This document shows, piece by piece, positions 8,669-23,600 of a stretch of 64,000 bases of DNA (its first letter is position 1; each line of letters opens with the position of its first letter). Source of the DNA: Laetmonice hystrix (taxonomy: Eukaryota); the NCBI GenBank assembly GCA_965235115.1, contig OZ249436.1, positions 28,832,001 to 28,896,000 on the forward strand, in the 5' to 3' direction. Under the pieces are notes generated by a model that was not told where the DNA came from, did not search any database, and saw only the letters and a list, made by a program, of their open reading frames with translations. The translations under genes were made by a program, and so were the position numbers.

Positions 8669-11600
8669 AGTCAACAACCTTGTAAAGGGGCTGCTGAAAA
8701 TGTCCATGTAAAAGGGTTGTTAGTAGATAGTACTGTTCATGTGACAGCCTTGCCTTGAAACCATTATGATTTTGACATACGTTTTTTATATATTTTTTAT
8801 ACTTGTTTTACTTATAAATTATACGTGACAAACTAAGAAATAAGTTCCATAGGAGATAAGACCTTAAACAGGATCTGATTTGCTACATTAGTGAGGTATC
8901 CTGGCATGGTCAGCTCTGCCTCATGAACATATGGGTAAATTAGATCCTGTCTCAAGTTTTACCTCCTTATTTGTTTAACAGCCCCCCCCCCCCCGCCCAG
9001 TCTAAAAAAGACGTTCCTGTTTTCTTGTTATTATAAAATGAGCAGCCTAAAAGGCCTAATCCAAAATTTCACATATATGGAGCCCTTCTCTTTTGGGCAG
9101 GCACCGACTTCTGAACTTTTGGGAGTCTAACATCACTTTTTTAACCGTTTTAACATAGCTTTGCTGGGCTACTATTTCAGCTTTTACATAGACCTAGTGA
9201 GGGCTTAGTCCCACTAGGCATTTTTTGGCCTTGGGATGTTCTCCCAACGTAAACTGAAAAGCCTCGGGAGACTTCGGGAACAGGTTACTGGGTGCTTTGA
9301 AAAAGCTTTGGGATCATCGGGAGCCATGTGGAACCGTCGGGAGGCATCGGAAGAACTGCGGAAAATTTCAATGCCTGCATTAAATTTTTTCCTGATGTGG
9401 GTGCCGGGGAACAATAGGTGCCATCCGTTTCATCACCATATGGGGGTGAGGGTGGGGAAGGTGTTGGTTGTGTGGTCAGAAGTAATGTCTGAGGGCCAGA
9501 CAGCCATAGCATGTGGATTGGGAAGGGGATGAGATGTTGGCTAAGTGTTTGGAGGGAATGTCTGAGGACCAATCAGTCATGTTAGGGATTGGAAAGGGGG
9601 ATATTGGATTGGTTGGAGGTGGTAGTATAGAAGAAAAACGAAAAATACCCCCAAAAAAATCGCAAAAGAAAAAAATGAAACAACAGTTTGTGTGTGATGC
9701 ATGTCGCAATACTGAGACATGTCTGCTGGGTGTTTATATCAGGGGTAACCTGATTTCGCTGTTCTGGTGAGTCACTGTGGGTGGTTGGAGGTGGTAGTAT
9801 AGAAGAAAAACGAAAAATACCAAAAAAATCACAAAAGAAAAAAATGAAAAAATGTTTGTGGGTGTTGACCCTTCAGATGAGATATCTGCACTGTGACACT
9901 ACGCCACTCCTGCACACATGTCATTCTTGTCTTGTTGTAACTGAATGACTATAGTAAAAATCAACAATGATGAATTTGAGTGAGTAGTTCGGGATAATGT
10001 TTTAAGGCCACTCAGCCATATCATGGGGATTGTGAAGGGATGAAGGTGTTGGCTGAGTGGTTAGGGGTAACGTCTGAGGGTCAATCAGCCATATTATGGG
10101 GATTGGGAAATGGGGGTGTTGGCTGAATGCTTGAGGGGTAGTGTCAGGAGGTCCGTCAGCCATATCATGAAAGTTGAGAAAAAGGGAGGTGTTGGGTGGG
10201 TGGTACGGGGTAATGTCTTAAGGCCACTCGGCCATTCCTGGGGGCTTAGGTCTTAGGGGTAAAGTCTGGGGGCCAGTGAGCCATATCATGGGGAGTGGGA
10301 AGGGAGATGTTGTTGTCTGAGATGTTGAGGGTAACGTCTGGTAACGTTGGTAATTTTGAGTCATTTTATCCTCATTTATTTTCATTATCATCCCCCGTGG
10401 GGCCCGGGGAACAATAGGCCCCATCCGTTTCAACACCCTATGGGTATGTGTGAGGGTGGAGAAGTTGTTGGCTGAGTGGTACGGGGTAAGGCCTGAGGGT
10501 CATTTGGCCATATCATCGGGGCTGGGAAGGGGGGGGGAAGGTGTTGGCTGATTGGTTAGGGGTAACGTCTGACTGCCAGCCAGCCATATCATGGGGTTTG
10601 GGGAATGGGAGGCAGGGTCATGCTTACTTACAAGAACAGAAAGAGTTTACGATCACTCTCCATCTACATGGGCCAAAGGCCTACAAGTACCTGCGAGAAA
10701 AACTGACGTGACATCTGAAGCACTCATGTTCATGGTAGTGGGAATGAAGGGCATCTGGAAGTCACCGACTGGATACTTATAACACGGACACTCAAGCCTG
10801 ACACTCAAAAAGTTCTTGTGGAACATGCATTAAATATGCTTCATGAATGCAGTATCAGCCTTTTGTGCTTAACCATGGATAGTCAACAACCTTGTAAAAG
10901 GGCTGCTAAAAATGTCCATGTAAAAGGCTTGTTAGTAGATAGTACTGTTCATGTGACAGCCTTGCCTTGAAACCATTATGATTTTGACATACGTTTTTTT
11001 ATATATTTTTTATACTTGTTTTACTTATAAATTATACGTGACAAACTAAGAAATAAGTTCCATAGGAGATAAGACCTTAAACAGGATCTGATTTGCTACA
11101 TTAGTGAGGTATCCTGGCATGGTCAGCTCTGCCTCATGAACATATGGGTAAATAAGATCCTGTCTCAAGTTTTACCTCCTTATTTGTTTAACAGCCCCCC
11201 CCCCCCCCGCCCAGTCTAAAAAAGACGTTCCTGTTTTCTTGTTATTATAAAATGAGCAGCCTAAAAGGCCTAATCCAAAATTTCACATATATGGAGCCCT
11301 TCTCTTTTGGGCAGGCACCGACTTCTGAACTTTTGGGAGTCTAACATCACTTTTTTAACCGTTTTAACATAGCGTTGCTGGGCTACTATTTCAGCTTTTA
11401 CATAGACCTAGTGAGGGCTTAGTCCCACTAGGCATTTTTGGCCTTGGGATGTTCTCCCAACGTAAACTGAAAAGCCTCGGGAGACTTCGGGAACAGGTTA
11501 CTGGGTGCTTTGAAAAAGCTTTGGGATCATCGGGAGCCATGTGGAACCGTCGGGAGGCATCGGAAGAACTGCGGAAAATTTCAATGCCTGCATTAAATTT

Positions 11601-14600
11601 TTTCCTGATGTGGGTGCCGGGGAACAATAGGTGCCATCCGTTTCATCACCATATGGGGGTGAGGGTGGGGAAGGTGTTGGTTGTGTGGTCAGAAGTAATG
11701 TCTGAGGGCCAGACAGCCATAGCATGTGGATTGGGAAGGGGATGAGATGTTGGCTAAGTGTTTGGAGGGAATGTCTGAGGACCAATCAGTCATGTTAGGG
11801 ATTGGAAAGGGGGATATTGGATTGGTTGGAGGTGGTAGTATAGAAGAAAAACGAAAAATACCCCCCAAAAAATCGCAAAAGAAAAAAATGAAACAACAGT
11901 TTGTGTGTGATGCATGTCGCAATACTGAGACATGTCTGCTGGGTGTTTATATCAGGGGTAACCTGATTTCGCTGTTCTGGTGAGTCACTGTGGGTGGTTG
12001 GAGGTGGTAGTATAGAAGAAAAACGAAAAATACCAAAAAAATCACAAAAGAAAAAAATGAAAAAATGTTTGTGGGTGTTGACCCTTCAGATGAGATATCT
12101 GCACTGTGACACTACGCCACTCCTGCACACATGTCATTCTTGTCTTGTTGTAACTGAATGACTATAGTAAAAATCAACAATGATGAATTTGAGTGAGTAG
12201 TTCGGGATAATGTTTTAAGGCCACTCAGCCATATCATGGGGATTGTGAAGGGATGAAGGTGTTGGCTGAGTGGTTAGGGGTAACGTCTGAGGGTCAATCA
12301 GCCATATTATGGGGATTGGGAAATGGGGGTGTTGGCTGAATGCTTGAGGGGTAGTGTCAGGAGGTCCGTCAGCCATATCATGAAAGTTGAGAAAAAGGGA
12401 GGTGTTGGGTGGGTGGTACGGGGTAATGTCTTAAGGCCACTCGGCCATTCCTGGGGGCTTAGGTCTTAGGGGTAAAGTCTGGGGGCCAGTGAGCCATATC
12501 ATGGGGAGTGGGAAGGGAGATGTTGTTGTCTGAGATGTTGAGGGTAACGTCTGGTAACGTTGGTAATTTTGAGTCATTTTATCCTCATTTATTTTCATTA
12601 TCATCCCCCGTGGGGCCCGGGGAACAATAGGCCCCATCCGTTTCAACACCCTATGGGTATGTGTGAGGGTGGGTAAGGCCTGAGGGTCATTTGGCCATAT
12701 CATCGGGGCTGGGAAGGGGGGGGGGAAGGTGTTGGCTGATTGGTTAGGGGTAACGTCTGACTGCCAGCCAGCCATATCATGGGGTTTGGGGAATGGGAGG
12801 CAGGGTCATGCTTACTTACAAGAACAGAAAGAGTTTACGATCACTCTCCATCTACATGGGCCAAAGGCCTACAAGTACCTGCGAGAAAAACTGACGTGAC
12901 ATCTGAAGCACTCATGTTCATGGTAGTGGGAATGAAGGGCATCTGGAAGTCACCGACTGGATACTTATAACACGGACACTCAAGCCTGACACTCAAAAAG
13001 TTCTTGTGGAACATGCATTAAATATGCTTCATGAATGCAGTATCAGCCTTTTGTGCTTAACCATGGATAGTCAACAACCTTGTAAAAGGGCTGCTAAAAA
13101 TGTCCATGTAAAAGGCTTGTTAGTAGATAGTACTGTTCATGTGACAGCCTTGCCTTGAAACCATTATGATTTTGACATACGTTTTTTATATATTTTTTAT
13201 ACTTGTTTTACTTATAAATTATACGTGACAAACTAAGAAATAAGTTCCATAGGAGATAAGACCTTAAACAGGATCTGATTTGCTACATTAGTGAGGTATC
13301 CTGGCATGGTCAGCTCTGCCTCATGAACATATGGGTAAATTAGATCCTGTCTCAAGTTTTACCTCCTTATTTGTTTAACAGCCCCCCCCCCCCGCCCAGT
13401 CTAAAAAAGACGTTCCTGTTTTCTTGTTATTATAAAATGAGCAGCCTAAAAGGCCTAATCCAAAATTTCACATATATGGAGCCCTTCTCTTTTGGGCAGG
13501 CACCGACTTCTGAACTTTTGGGAGTCTAACATCACTTTTTTAACCGTTTTAACATAGCGTTGCTGGGCTACTATTTCAGCTTTTACATAGACCTAGTGAG
13601 GGCTTAGTCCCACTAGGCATTTTTGGCCTTGGGATGTTCTCCCAACGTAAACTGAAAAGCCTCGGGAGACTTCGGGAACAGGTTACTGGGTGCTTTGAAA
13701 AAGCTTTGGGATCATCGGGAGCCATGTGGAACCGTCGGGAGGCATCGGAAGAACTGCGGAAAATTTCAATGCCTGCATTAAATTTTTTCCTGATGTGGGT
13801 GCCGGGGAACAATAGGTGCCATCCGTTTCATCACCATATGGGGGTGAGGGTGGGGAAGGTGTTGGTTGTGTGGTCAGAAGTAATGTCTGAGGGCCAGACA
13901 GCCATAGCATGTGGATTGGGAAGGGGATGAGATGTTGGCTAAGTGTTTGGAGGGAATGTCTGAGGACCAATCAGTCATGTTAGGGATTGGAAAGGGGGAT
14001 ATTGGATTGGTTGGAGGTGGTAGTATAGAAGAAAAACGAAAAATACCCCCCAAAAAATCGCAAAAGAAAAAAATGAAACAACAGTTTGTGTGTGATGCAT
14101 GTCGCAATACTGAGACATGTCTGCTGGGTGTTTATATCAGGGGTAACCTGATTTCGCTGTTCTGGTGAGTCACTGTGGGTGGTTGGAGGTGGTAGTATAG
14201 AAGAAAAACGAAAAATACCAAAAAAATCACAAAAGAAAAAAATGAAAAAATGTTTGTGGGTGTTGACCCTTCAGATGAGATATCTGCACTGTGACACTAC
14301 GCCACTCCTGCACACATGTCATTCTTGTCTTGTTGTAACTGAATGACTATAGTAAAAATCAATAATGATGAATTTGAATGAGTAGTTCGGGATAATGTTT
14401 TAAGGCCACTCGGCCATATCATGGAGATTGTGAAGGGATGAAGGTGTTGGCTGAGTGGTTAGGGGTAACGTCTGAGGGTCAATCAGCCATATTATGGGGA
14501 TTGGGAAATGGGGGTGTTGGCTGAATGCTTGAGGGGTAGTGTCAGGAGGTCCGTCAGCCATATCATGAAAGTTGAGAAAAAGGGAGGTGTTGGGTGGGTG

Positions 14601-17600
14601 GTACGGGGTAATGTCTTAAGGCCACTCGGCCATTCCTGGGGGCTTAGGTCTTAGGGGTAAAGTCTGGGGGCCAGTGAGCCATATCATGGGGAGTGGGAAG
14701 GGAGATGTTGTTGTCTGAGATGTTGAGGGTAACGTCTGGTAACGTTGGTAATTTTGAGTCATTTTATCCTCATTTATTTTCATTATCATCCCCCGTGGGG
14801 CCCGGGGAACAATAGGCCCCATCCGTTTCAACACCCTATGGGTATGTGTGAGGGTGGAGAAGTTGTTGGCTGAGTGGTACGGGGTAAGGCCTGAGGGTCA
14901 TTTGGCCATATCATCGGGGCTGGGAAGGGGGGGGAAGGTGTTGGCTGATTGGTTAGGGGTAACGTCTGACTGCCAGCCAGCCATATCATGGGGTTTGGGG
15001 AATGGGAGGCAGGGTCATGCTTACTTACAAGAACAGAAAGAGTTTACGATCACTCTCCATCTACATGGGCCAAAGGCCTACAAGTACCTGCGAGAAAAAC
15101 TGACGTGACATCTGAAGCACTCATGTTCATGGTAGTGGGAATGAAGGGCATCTGGAAGTCACCGACTGGATACTTATAACACGGACACTCAAGCCTGACA
15201 CTCAAAAAGTTCTTGTGGAACATGCATTAAATATGCTTCATGAATGCAGTATCAGCCTTTTGTGCTTAACCATGGATAGTCAACAACCTTGTAAAAGGGC
15301 TGCTAAAAATGTCCATGTAAAAGGCTTGTTAGTAGATAGTACTGTTCATGTGACAGCCTTGCCTTGAAACCATTATGATTTTGACATACGTTTTTTATAT
15401 ATTTTTTATACTTGTTTTACTTATAAATTATACGTGACAAACTAAGAAATAAGTTCCATAGGAGATAAGACCTTAAACAGGATCTGATTTGCTACATTAG
15501 TGAGGTATCCTGGCATGGTCAGCTCTGCCTCATGAACATATGGGTAAATTAGATCCTGTCTCAAGTTTTACCTCCTTATTTGTTTAACAGCCCCCCCCCC
15601 CCCGCCCAGTCTAAAAAAGACGTTCCTGTTTTCTTGTTATTATAAAATGAGCAGCCTAAAAGGCCTAATCCAAAATTTCACATATATGGAGCCCTTCTCT
15701 TTTGGGCAGGCACCGACTTCTGAACTTTTGGGAGTCTAACATCACTTTTTTACCCGTTTTAACATAGCTTTGCTGGGCTACTATTTCAGCTTTTACATAG
15801 ACCTAGTGAGGGCTTAGTCCCACTAGGCATTTTTTGGCCTTGGGATGTTCTCCCAACGTAAACTGAAAAGCCTCGGGAGACTTCGGGAACAGGTTACTGG
15901 GTGCTTTGAAAAAGCTTTGGGATCATCGGGAGCCATGTGGAACCGTCGGGAGGCATCGGAAGAACTGCGGAAAATTTCAATGCCTGCATTAAATTTTTTC
16001 CTGATGTGGGTGCCGGGGAACAATAGGTGCCATCCGTTTCATCACCATATGGGGGTGAGGGTGGGGAAGGTGTTGGTTGTGTGGTCAGAAGTAATGTCTG
16101 AGGGCCAGACAGCCATAGCATGTGGATTGGGAAGGGGATGAGATGTTGGCTAAGTGTTTGGAGGGAATGTCTGAGGACCAATCAGTCATGTTAGGGATTG
16201 GAAAGGGGGATATTGGATTGGTTGGAGGTGGTAGTATAGAAGAAAAACGAAAAATACCCCCAAAAAAATCGCAAAAGAAAAAAATGAAACAACAGTTTGT
16301 GTGTGATGCATGTCGCAATACTGAGACATGTCTGCTGGGTGTTTATATCAGGGGTAACCTGATTTCGCTGTTCTGGTGAGTCACTGTGGGTGGTTGGAGG
16401 TGGTAGTATAGAAGAAAAACGAAAAATACCAAAAAAATCACAAAAGAAAAAAATGAAAAAATGTTTGTGGGTGTTGACCCTTCAGATGAGATATCTGCAC
16501 TGTGACACTACGCCACTCCTGCACACATGTCATTCTTGTCTTGTTGTAACTGAATGACTATAGTAAAAATCAACAATGATGAATTTGAGTGAGTAGTTCG
16601 GGATAATGTTTTAAGGCCACTCAGCCATATCATGGGGATTGTGAAGGGATGAAGGTGTTGGCTGAGTGGTTAGGGGTAACGTCTGAGGGTCAATCAGCCA
16701 TATTATGGGGATTGGGAAATGGGGGTGTTGGCTGAATGCTTGAGGGGTAGTGTCAGGAGGTCCGTCAGCCATATCATGAAAGTTGAGAAAAAGGGAGGTG
16801 TTGGGTGGGTGGTACGGGGTAATGTCTTAAGGCCACTCGGCCATTCCTGGGGGCTTAGGTCTTAGGGGTAAAGTCTGGGGGCCAGTGAGCCATATCATGG
16901 GGAGTGGGAAGGGAGATGTTGTTGTCTGAGATGTTGAGGGTAACGTCTGGTAACGTTGGTAATTTTGAGTCATTTTATCCTCAATTATTTTCATTATCAT
17001 CCCCCGTGGGGCCCGGGGAACAATAGGCCCCATCCGTTTCAACACCCTATGGGTATGTGTGAGGGTGGAGAAGTTGTTGGCTGAGTGGTACGGGGTAAGG
17101 CCTGAGGGTTATTTGGCCATATCATCGGGGCTGGGAAGGGGGGGGGGAAGGTGTTGGCTGATTGGTTAGGGGTAACGTCTGACTGCCAGCCAGCCATATC
17201 ATGGGGTTTGGGGAATGGGAGGCAGGGTCATGCTTACTTACAAGAACAGAAAGAGTTTACGATCACTCTCCATCTACATGGGCCAAAGGCCTACAAGTAC
17301 CTGCGAGAAAAACTGACGTGACATCTGAAGCACTCATGTTCATGGTAGTGGGAATGAAGGGCATCTGGAAGTCACCGACTGGATACTTATAACACGGACA
17401 CTCAAGCCTGACACTCAAAAAGTTCTTGTGGAACATGCATTAAATATGCTTCATGAATGCAGTATCAGCCTTTTGTGCTTAACCATGGATAGTCAACAAC
17501 CTTGTAAAAGGGCTGCTAAAAATGTCCATGTAAAAGGCTTGTTAGTAGATAGTACTGTTCATGTGACAGCCTTGCCTTGAAACCATTATGATTTTGACAT

Positions 17601-20600
17601 ACGTTTTTTATATATTTTTTATACTTGTTTTACTTATAAATTATACGTGACAAACTAAGAAATAAGTTCCATAGGAGATAAGACCTTAAACAGGATCTGA
17701 TTTGCTACATTAGTGAGGTATCCTGGCATGGTCAGCTCTGCCTCATGAACATATGGGTAAATTAGATCCTGTCTCAAGTTTTACCTCCTTATTTGTTTAA
17801 CAGCCCCCCCCCCCGCCCAGTCTAAAAAGACGTTCCCGTTTTCTTGTTATTATAAAATGAGCAGCCTAAAAGGCCTAATCCAAAATTTCACATATATGGA
17901 GCCCTTCTCTTTTGGGCAGGCACCGACTTCTGAACTTTTGGGAGTCTAACATCACTTTTTTAACCGTTTTAACATAGCTTTGCTGGGCTACTATTTCAGC
18001 TTTTACATAGACCTAGTGAGGGCTTAGTCCCACTAGGCATTTTTTGGCCTTGGGATGTTCTCCCAACGTAAACTGAAAAGCCTCGGGAGACTTCGGGAAC
18101 AGGTTACTGGGTGCTTTGAAAAAGCTTTGGGATCATCGGGAGCCATGTGGAACCGTCGGGAGGCATCGGAAGAACTGCGGAAAATTTCAATGCCTGCATT
18201 AAATTTTTTCCTGATGTGGGTGCCGGGGAACAATAGGTGCCATCCGTTTCATCACCATATGGGGGTGAGGGTGGGGAAGGTGTTGGTTGTGTGGTCAGAA
18301 GTAATGTCTGAGGGCCAGACAGCCATAGCATGTGGATTGAGAAGGGGATGAGATGTTGGCTAAGTGTTTGGAGGGAATGTCTGAGGACCAATCAGTCATG
18401 TTAGGGATTGGAAAGGGGGATATTGGATTGGTTGGAGGTGGTAGTATAGAAGAAAAACGAAAAATACCCCCAAAAAAATCGCAAAAGAAAAAAATGAAAC
18501 AACAGTTTGTGTGTGATGCATGTCGCAATACTGAGACATGTCTGCTGGGTGTTTATATCAGGGGTAACCTGATTTCGCTGTTCTGGTGAGTCACTGTGGG
18601 TGGTTGGAGGTGGTAGTATAGAAGAAAAACGAAAAATACCAAAAAAATCACAAAAGAAAAAAATGAAAAAATGTTTGTGGGTGTTGACCCTTCAGATGAG
18701 ATATCTGCACTGTGACACTACGCCACTCCTGCACACATGTCATTCTTGTCTTGTTGTAACTGAATGACTATAGTAAAAATCAACAATGATGAATTTGAGT
18801 GAGTAGTTCGGGATAATGTTTTAAGGCCACTCGGCCATATCATGGGGATTGTGAAGGGATGAAGGTGTTGGCTGAGTGGTTAGGGGTAACGTCTGAGGGT
18901 CAATCAGCCATATTATGGGGATTGGGAAATGGGGGTGTTGGCTGAATGCTTGAGGGGTAGTGTCAGGAGGTCCGTCAGCCATATCAAGAAAGTTGAGAAG
19001 AAGGGAGGTGTTGGGTGGGTGGTACGGGGTAATGTCTTAAGGCCACTCGGCCATTCCTGGGGGCTTAGGTCCCAGGGGTAAAGTCTGGGGGCCAGTGAGC
19101 CATATCATGGGGAGTGGGAAGGGAGATGTTGTTGTCTGAGATGTTGAGGGTAACGTCTGGTAACGTTGGTAATTTTGAGTCATTTTATCCTCATTTATTT
19201 TCATTATCATCCCCCGTGGGGCCCGGGGAACAATAGGCCCCATCCGTTTCAACACCCTATGGGTATGTGTGAGGGTGGAGAAGTTGTTGGCTGAGTGGTA
19301 CGGGGTAAGGCCTGAGGGTCATTTGGCCATATCATCGGGGCTGGGAAGGGGGGGGGGAAGGTGTTGGCTGATTGGTTAGGGGTAACGTCTGACTGCCAGC
19401 CAGCCATATCATGGGGTTTGGGGAATGGGAGGCAGGGTCATGCTTACTTACAAGAACAGAAAGAGTTTACGATCACTCTCCATCTACATGGGCCAAAGGC
19501 CTACAAGTACCTGCGAGAAAAACTGATGTGACATCTGAAGCACTCATGTTCATGGTAGTGGGAATGAAGGGCATCTGGAAGTCACCGACTGGATACTTAT
19601 AACACGGACACTCAAGCCTGACACTCAAAAAGTTCTTGTGGAACATGCATTAAATATGCTTCATGAATGCAGTATCAGCCTTTTGTGCTTAACCATGGAT
19701 AGTCAACAACCTTGTAAAAGGGCTGCTAAAAATGTCCATGTAAAAGGCTTGTTAGTAGATAGTACTGTTCATGTGACAGCCTTGCCTTGAAACCATTATG
19801 ATTTTGACATACGTTTTTTATATATTTTTTATACTTGTTTTACTTATAAATTATACGTGACAAACTAAGAAATAAGTTCCATAAGACCTAAGACCTTAAA
19901 CAGGATCTGATTTGCTACATTAGTGAGGTATCCTGGCATGGTCAGCTCTGCCTCATGAACATATGGCTAAATAAGATCCTGTCTCAAGTTTTACCTCCTT
20001 ATTTGTTTAACAGCCCCCCCCCCCCCCGCCCAGTCTAAAAAAAGACGTTCCTGTTTTCTTGTTATTATTAAATGAGCAGCCTAAAAGGCCTAATCCAAAA
20101 TTTCACATATATGGAGCCCTTCTCTTTTGGGCAGGCACCGACTTCTGAAATTTTGGGACTCTAACGTCACTTTTTTAACCGTTTTAACATAGCTTTGCTG
20201 GACTACTATTTCAGCTTTTACATAGACCGAGTGAGGGCTCAGTCTCACTAGGCATTTTTGTGGCCTTGGGATGTTCTCCCAATGTAAACTGAAAAGCCTC
20301 GGGAGACTTCGGGAACAGGTGACTGGGTGCTTTGAAAAAGCTTTGGGATCATCGGGAGCCATGTGGAACCGTCGGGAGGCATCGGAAGAACTGCGGAAAA
20401 TTTCAATGCCTGCATTAAATTTTTTCCTGATGTGGGTGCCGGGGAACAATAGGTGCCATCCGTTTCATCACTATATGGGGGTGAGGGTGGGGAAGGTGTT
20501 GGTTGTGTGGTCAGAAGTAATGTCTGAGGGCCAGACAGCCATAGCATGTGGATTGGGAAGGGGATGAGATGTTGGCTAAGTGTTTGGAGGGAATGTCTGA

Positions 20601-23600
20601 GGACCAATCAGTCATGTTAGGGATTGGAAAGGGGGATATTGGATTGGTTGGAGGTGGTAGTATAGAAGAAAAACGAAAAATACACCCAAAAAAATCGCAA
20701 AAGAAAAAAATGAAACAACAGTTTGTGTGTGATGCATGTCGCAATACTGAGACATGTCTGCTGGGTGTTTATATCAGGGGTAACCTGATTTCGCTGTTCT
20801 GGTGAGTCACTGTGGGTGGTTGGAGGTGGTAGTATAGAAGAAAACGAAAAATACCAAAAAAATCACAAAAGAAAAAAATGAAAAAATGTTTGTGGGTGTT
20901 GACCCTTCAGATGAGATATCTGCACTGTGACACTACGCCACTCCTGCACACATGTCATTCTTGTCTTGTTGTAACTGAATGACTATAGTAAAAATCAATA
21001 ATGATGAATTTGAATGAGTAGTTCGGGATAATGTTTTAAGGCCACTCGGCCATATCATGGAGATTGTGAAGGGATGAAGGTGTTGGCTGAGTGGTTAGGG
21101 GTAACGTCTGAGGGTCAATCAGCCATATTATGGGGATTGGGAAATGGGGGTGTTGGCTGAATGCTTGAGGGGTAGTGTCAGGAGGTCCGTCAGCCATATC
21201 ATGAAAGTTGAGAAAAAGGGAGGTGTTGGGTGGGTGGTACGGGGTAATGTCTTAAGGCCACTCGGCCATTCCTGGGGGCTTAGGTCTTAGGGGTAAAGTC
21301 TGGGGGCCAATGAGCCATATCATGGGGAGTGGGAAGGGAGATGTTGTTGTCTGAGATGTTGAGGGTAACGTCTGGTAACGTTGGTAATTTTGAGTCATTT
21401 TATCCTCAATTATTTTCATTATCATCCCCCGTGGGGCCCGGGGAACAATAGGCCCCATCCGTTTCAACACCCTATGGGTATGTGTGAGGGTGGAGAAGTT
21501 GTTGGCTGAGTGGTACGGGGTAAGGCCTGAGGGTCATTTGGCCATATCATCGGGGCTGGGAAGGGGGGGGGGAGGTGTTGGCTGATTGGTTAGGGGTAAC
21601 GTCTGACTGCCAGCCAGCCATATCATGGGGTTTGGGGAATGGGAGGCAGGGTCATGCTTACTTACAAGAACAGAAAGAGTTTACGATCACTCTCCATCTA
21701 CATGGGCCAAAGGCCTACAAGTACCTGCGAGAAAAACTGACGTGACATCTGAAGCACTCATGTTCATGGTAGTGGGAATGAAGGGCACCTGGAAGTCACC
21801 GACTGGATATTATAACACGGACACTCAAGCCTGACACTCAAAAAGTTCTTGTGGAACATGCATTAAATATGCTTCATGAATGCAGTATCAGCCTTTTGTG
21901 CTTAACCATGGATAGTCAACAACCTTGTAAAAGGGCTGCTAAAAATGTCCATGTAAAAGGCTTGTTAGTAGATAGTACTGTTCATGTGACAGCCTTGCCT
22001 TGAAACCATTATGATTTTGACATACGTTTTTTATATATTTTTTATACTTGTTTTACTTATAAATTATACGTGACAAACTAAGAAATAAGTTCCATAGGAG
22101 ATAAGACCTTAAACAGGATCTGATTTGCTACATTAGTGAGGTATCCTGGCATGGTCAGCTCTGCCTCATGAACATATGGGTAAATCAGATCCTGTCTCAA
22201 GTTTTACCTCCTTATTTGTTTAACAGCCCCCCCCCCCCCCCCGCCCAGTCTAAAAAAGACGTTTCTGTTTTCTTGTTATTATAAAATGAGCAGCCTAAAA
22301 GGCCTAATCCAAAATTTCACATATATGGAGCCCTTCTCTTTTGGGCAGGCACCGACTTCTGAACTTTTGGGAGTCTAACGTCACTTTTTTAACCGTTTTA
22401 ACATAGCTTTGCTGGGCTACTATTTCAGCTTTTACATAGACCGAGTGAGGGCTTAGTCCCACTAGGCATTTTTTGGCCTTGGGATGTTCTCCCAATGTAA
22501 ACTGAAAAGCCTCGGGAGACTTCGGGAACAGGTTACTGGGTGCTTTGAAAAAGCTTTGGGATCATCGGGAGCCATGTGGAACCGTCGGGAGGCATCGGAA
22601 GAACTGCGGAAAATTTCAATGCCTGCATTAAATTTTTTCCTGATGTGGGTGCCGGGGAACAATAGGTGCCATCCGTTTCATCACCATATGGGGGTGAGGG
22701 TGGGGAAGGTGTTGGTTGTGTGGTCAGAAGTAATGTCTGAGGGCCAGACAGCCATAGCATGTGGATTGGGAAGGGGATGAGATGTTGGCTAAGTGTTTGG
22801 AGGGAATGTCTGAGGACCAATCAGTCATGTCAGGGATTGGAAAGGGGGATATTGGATTGGTTGGAGGTGGTAGTATAGAAGAAAAACGAAAAATACACCC
22901 AAAAAAATCGCAAAAGAAAAAAATGAAACAACAGTTTGTCGGTGATGCATGTCGCAATACTGAGACATGTCTGCTGGGTGTTTATATCAGGGGTAACCTG
23001 ATTTCGCTGTTCTGGTGAGTCACTGTGGGTGGTTGGAGGTGGTAGTATAGAAGAAAACGAAAAATACCAAAAAAATCACAAAAGAAAAAAATGAAAAAAT
23101 GTTTGTGGGTGTTGACCCTTCAGATGAGATATCTGCACTGTGACACTACGCCACTCCTGCACACATGTCATTCTTGTCTTGTTGTAACTGAATGACTATA
23201 GTAAAAATCAATAATGATGAATTTGAATGAGTAGTTCGGGATAATGTTTTAAGGCCACTCGGCCATATCATGGAGATTGTGAAGGGATGAAGGTGTTGGC
23301 TGAGTGGTTAGGGGTAACGTCTGAGGGTCAATCAGCCATATTATGGGGATTGGGAAATGGGGGTGTTGGCTGAATGCTTGAGGGGTAGTGTCAGGAGGTC
23401 CGTCAGCCATATCATGAAAGTTGAGAAAAAGGGAGGTGTTGGGTGGGTGGTACGGGGTAATGTCTTAAGGCCACTCGGCCATTCCTGGGGGCTTAGGTCT
23501 TAGGGGTAAAGTCTGGGGGCCAATGAGCCATATCATGGGGAGTGGGAAGGGAGATGTTGTTGTCTGAGATGTTGAGGGTAACGTCTGGTAACGTTGGTAA

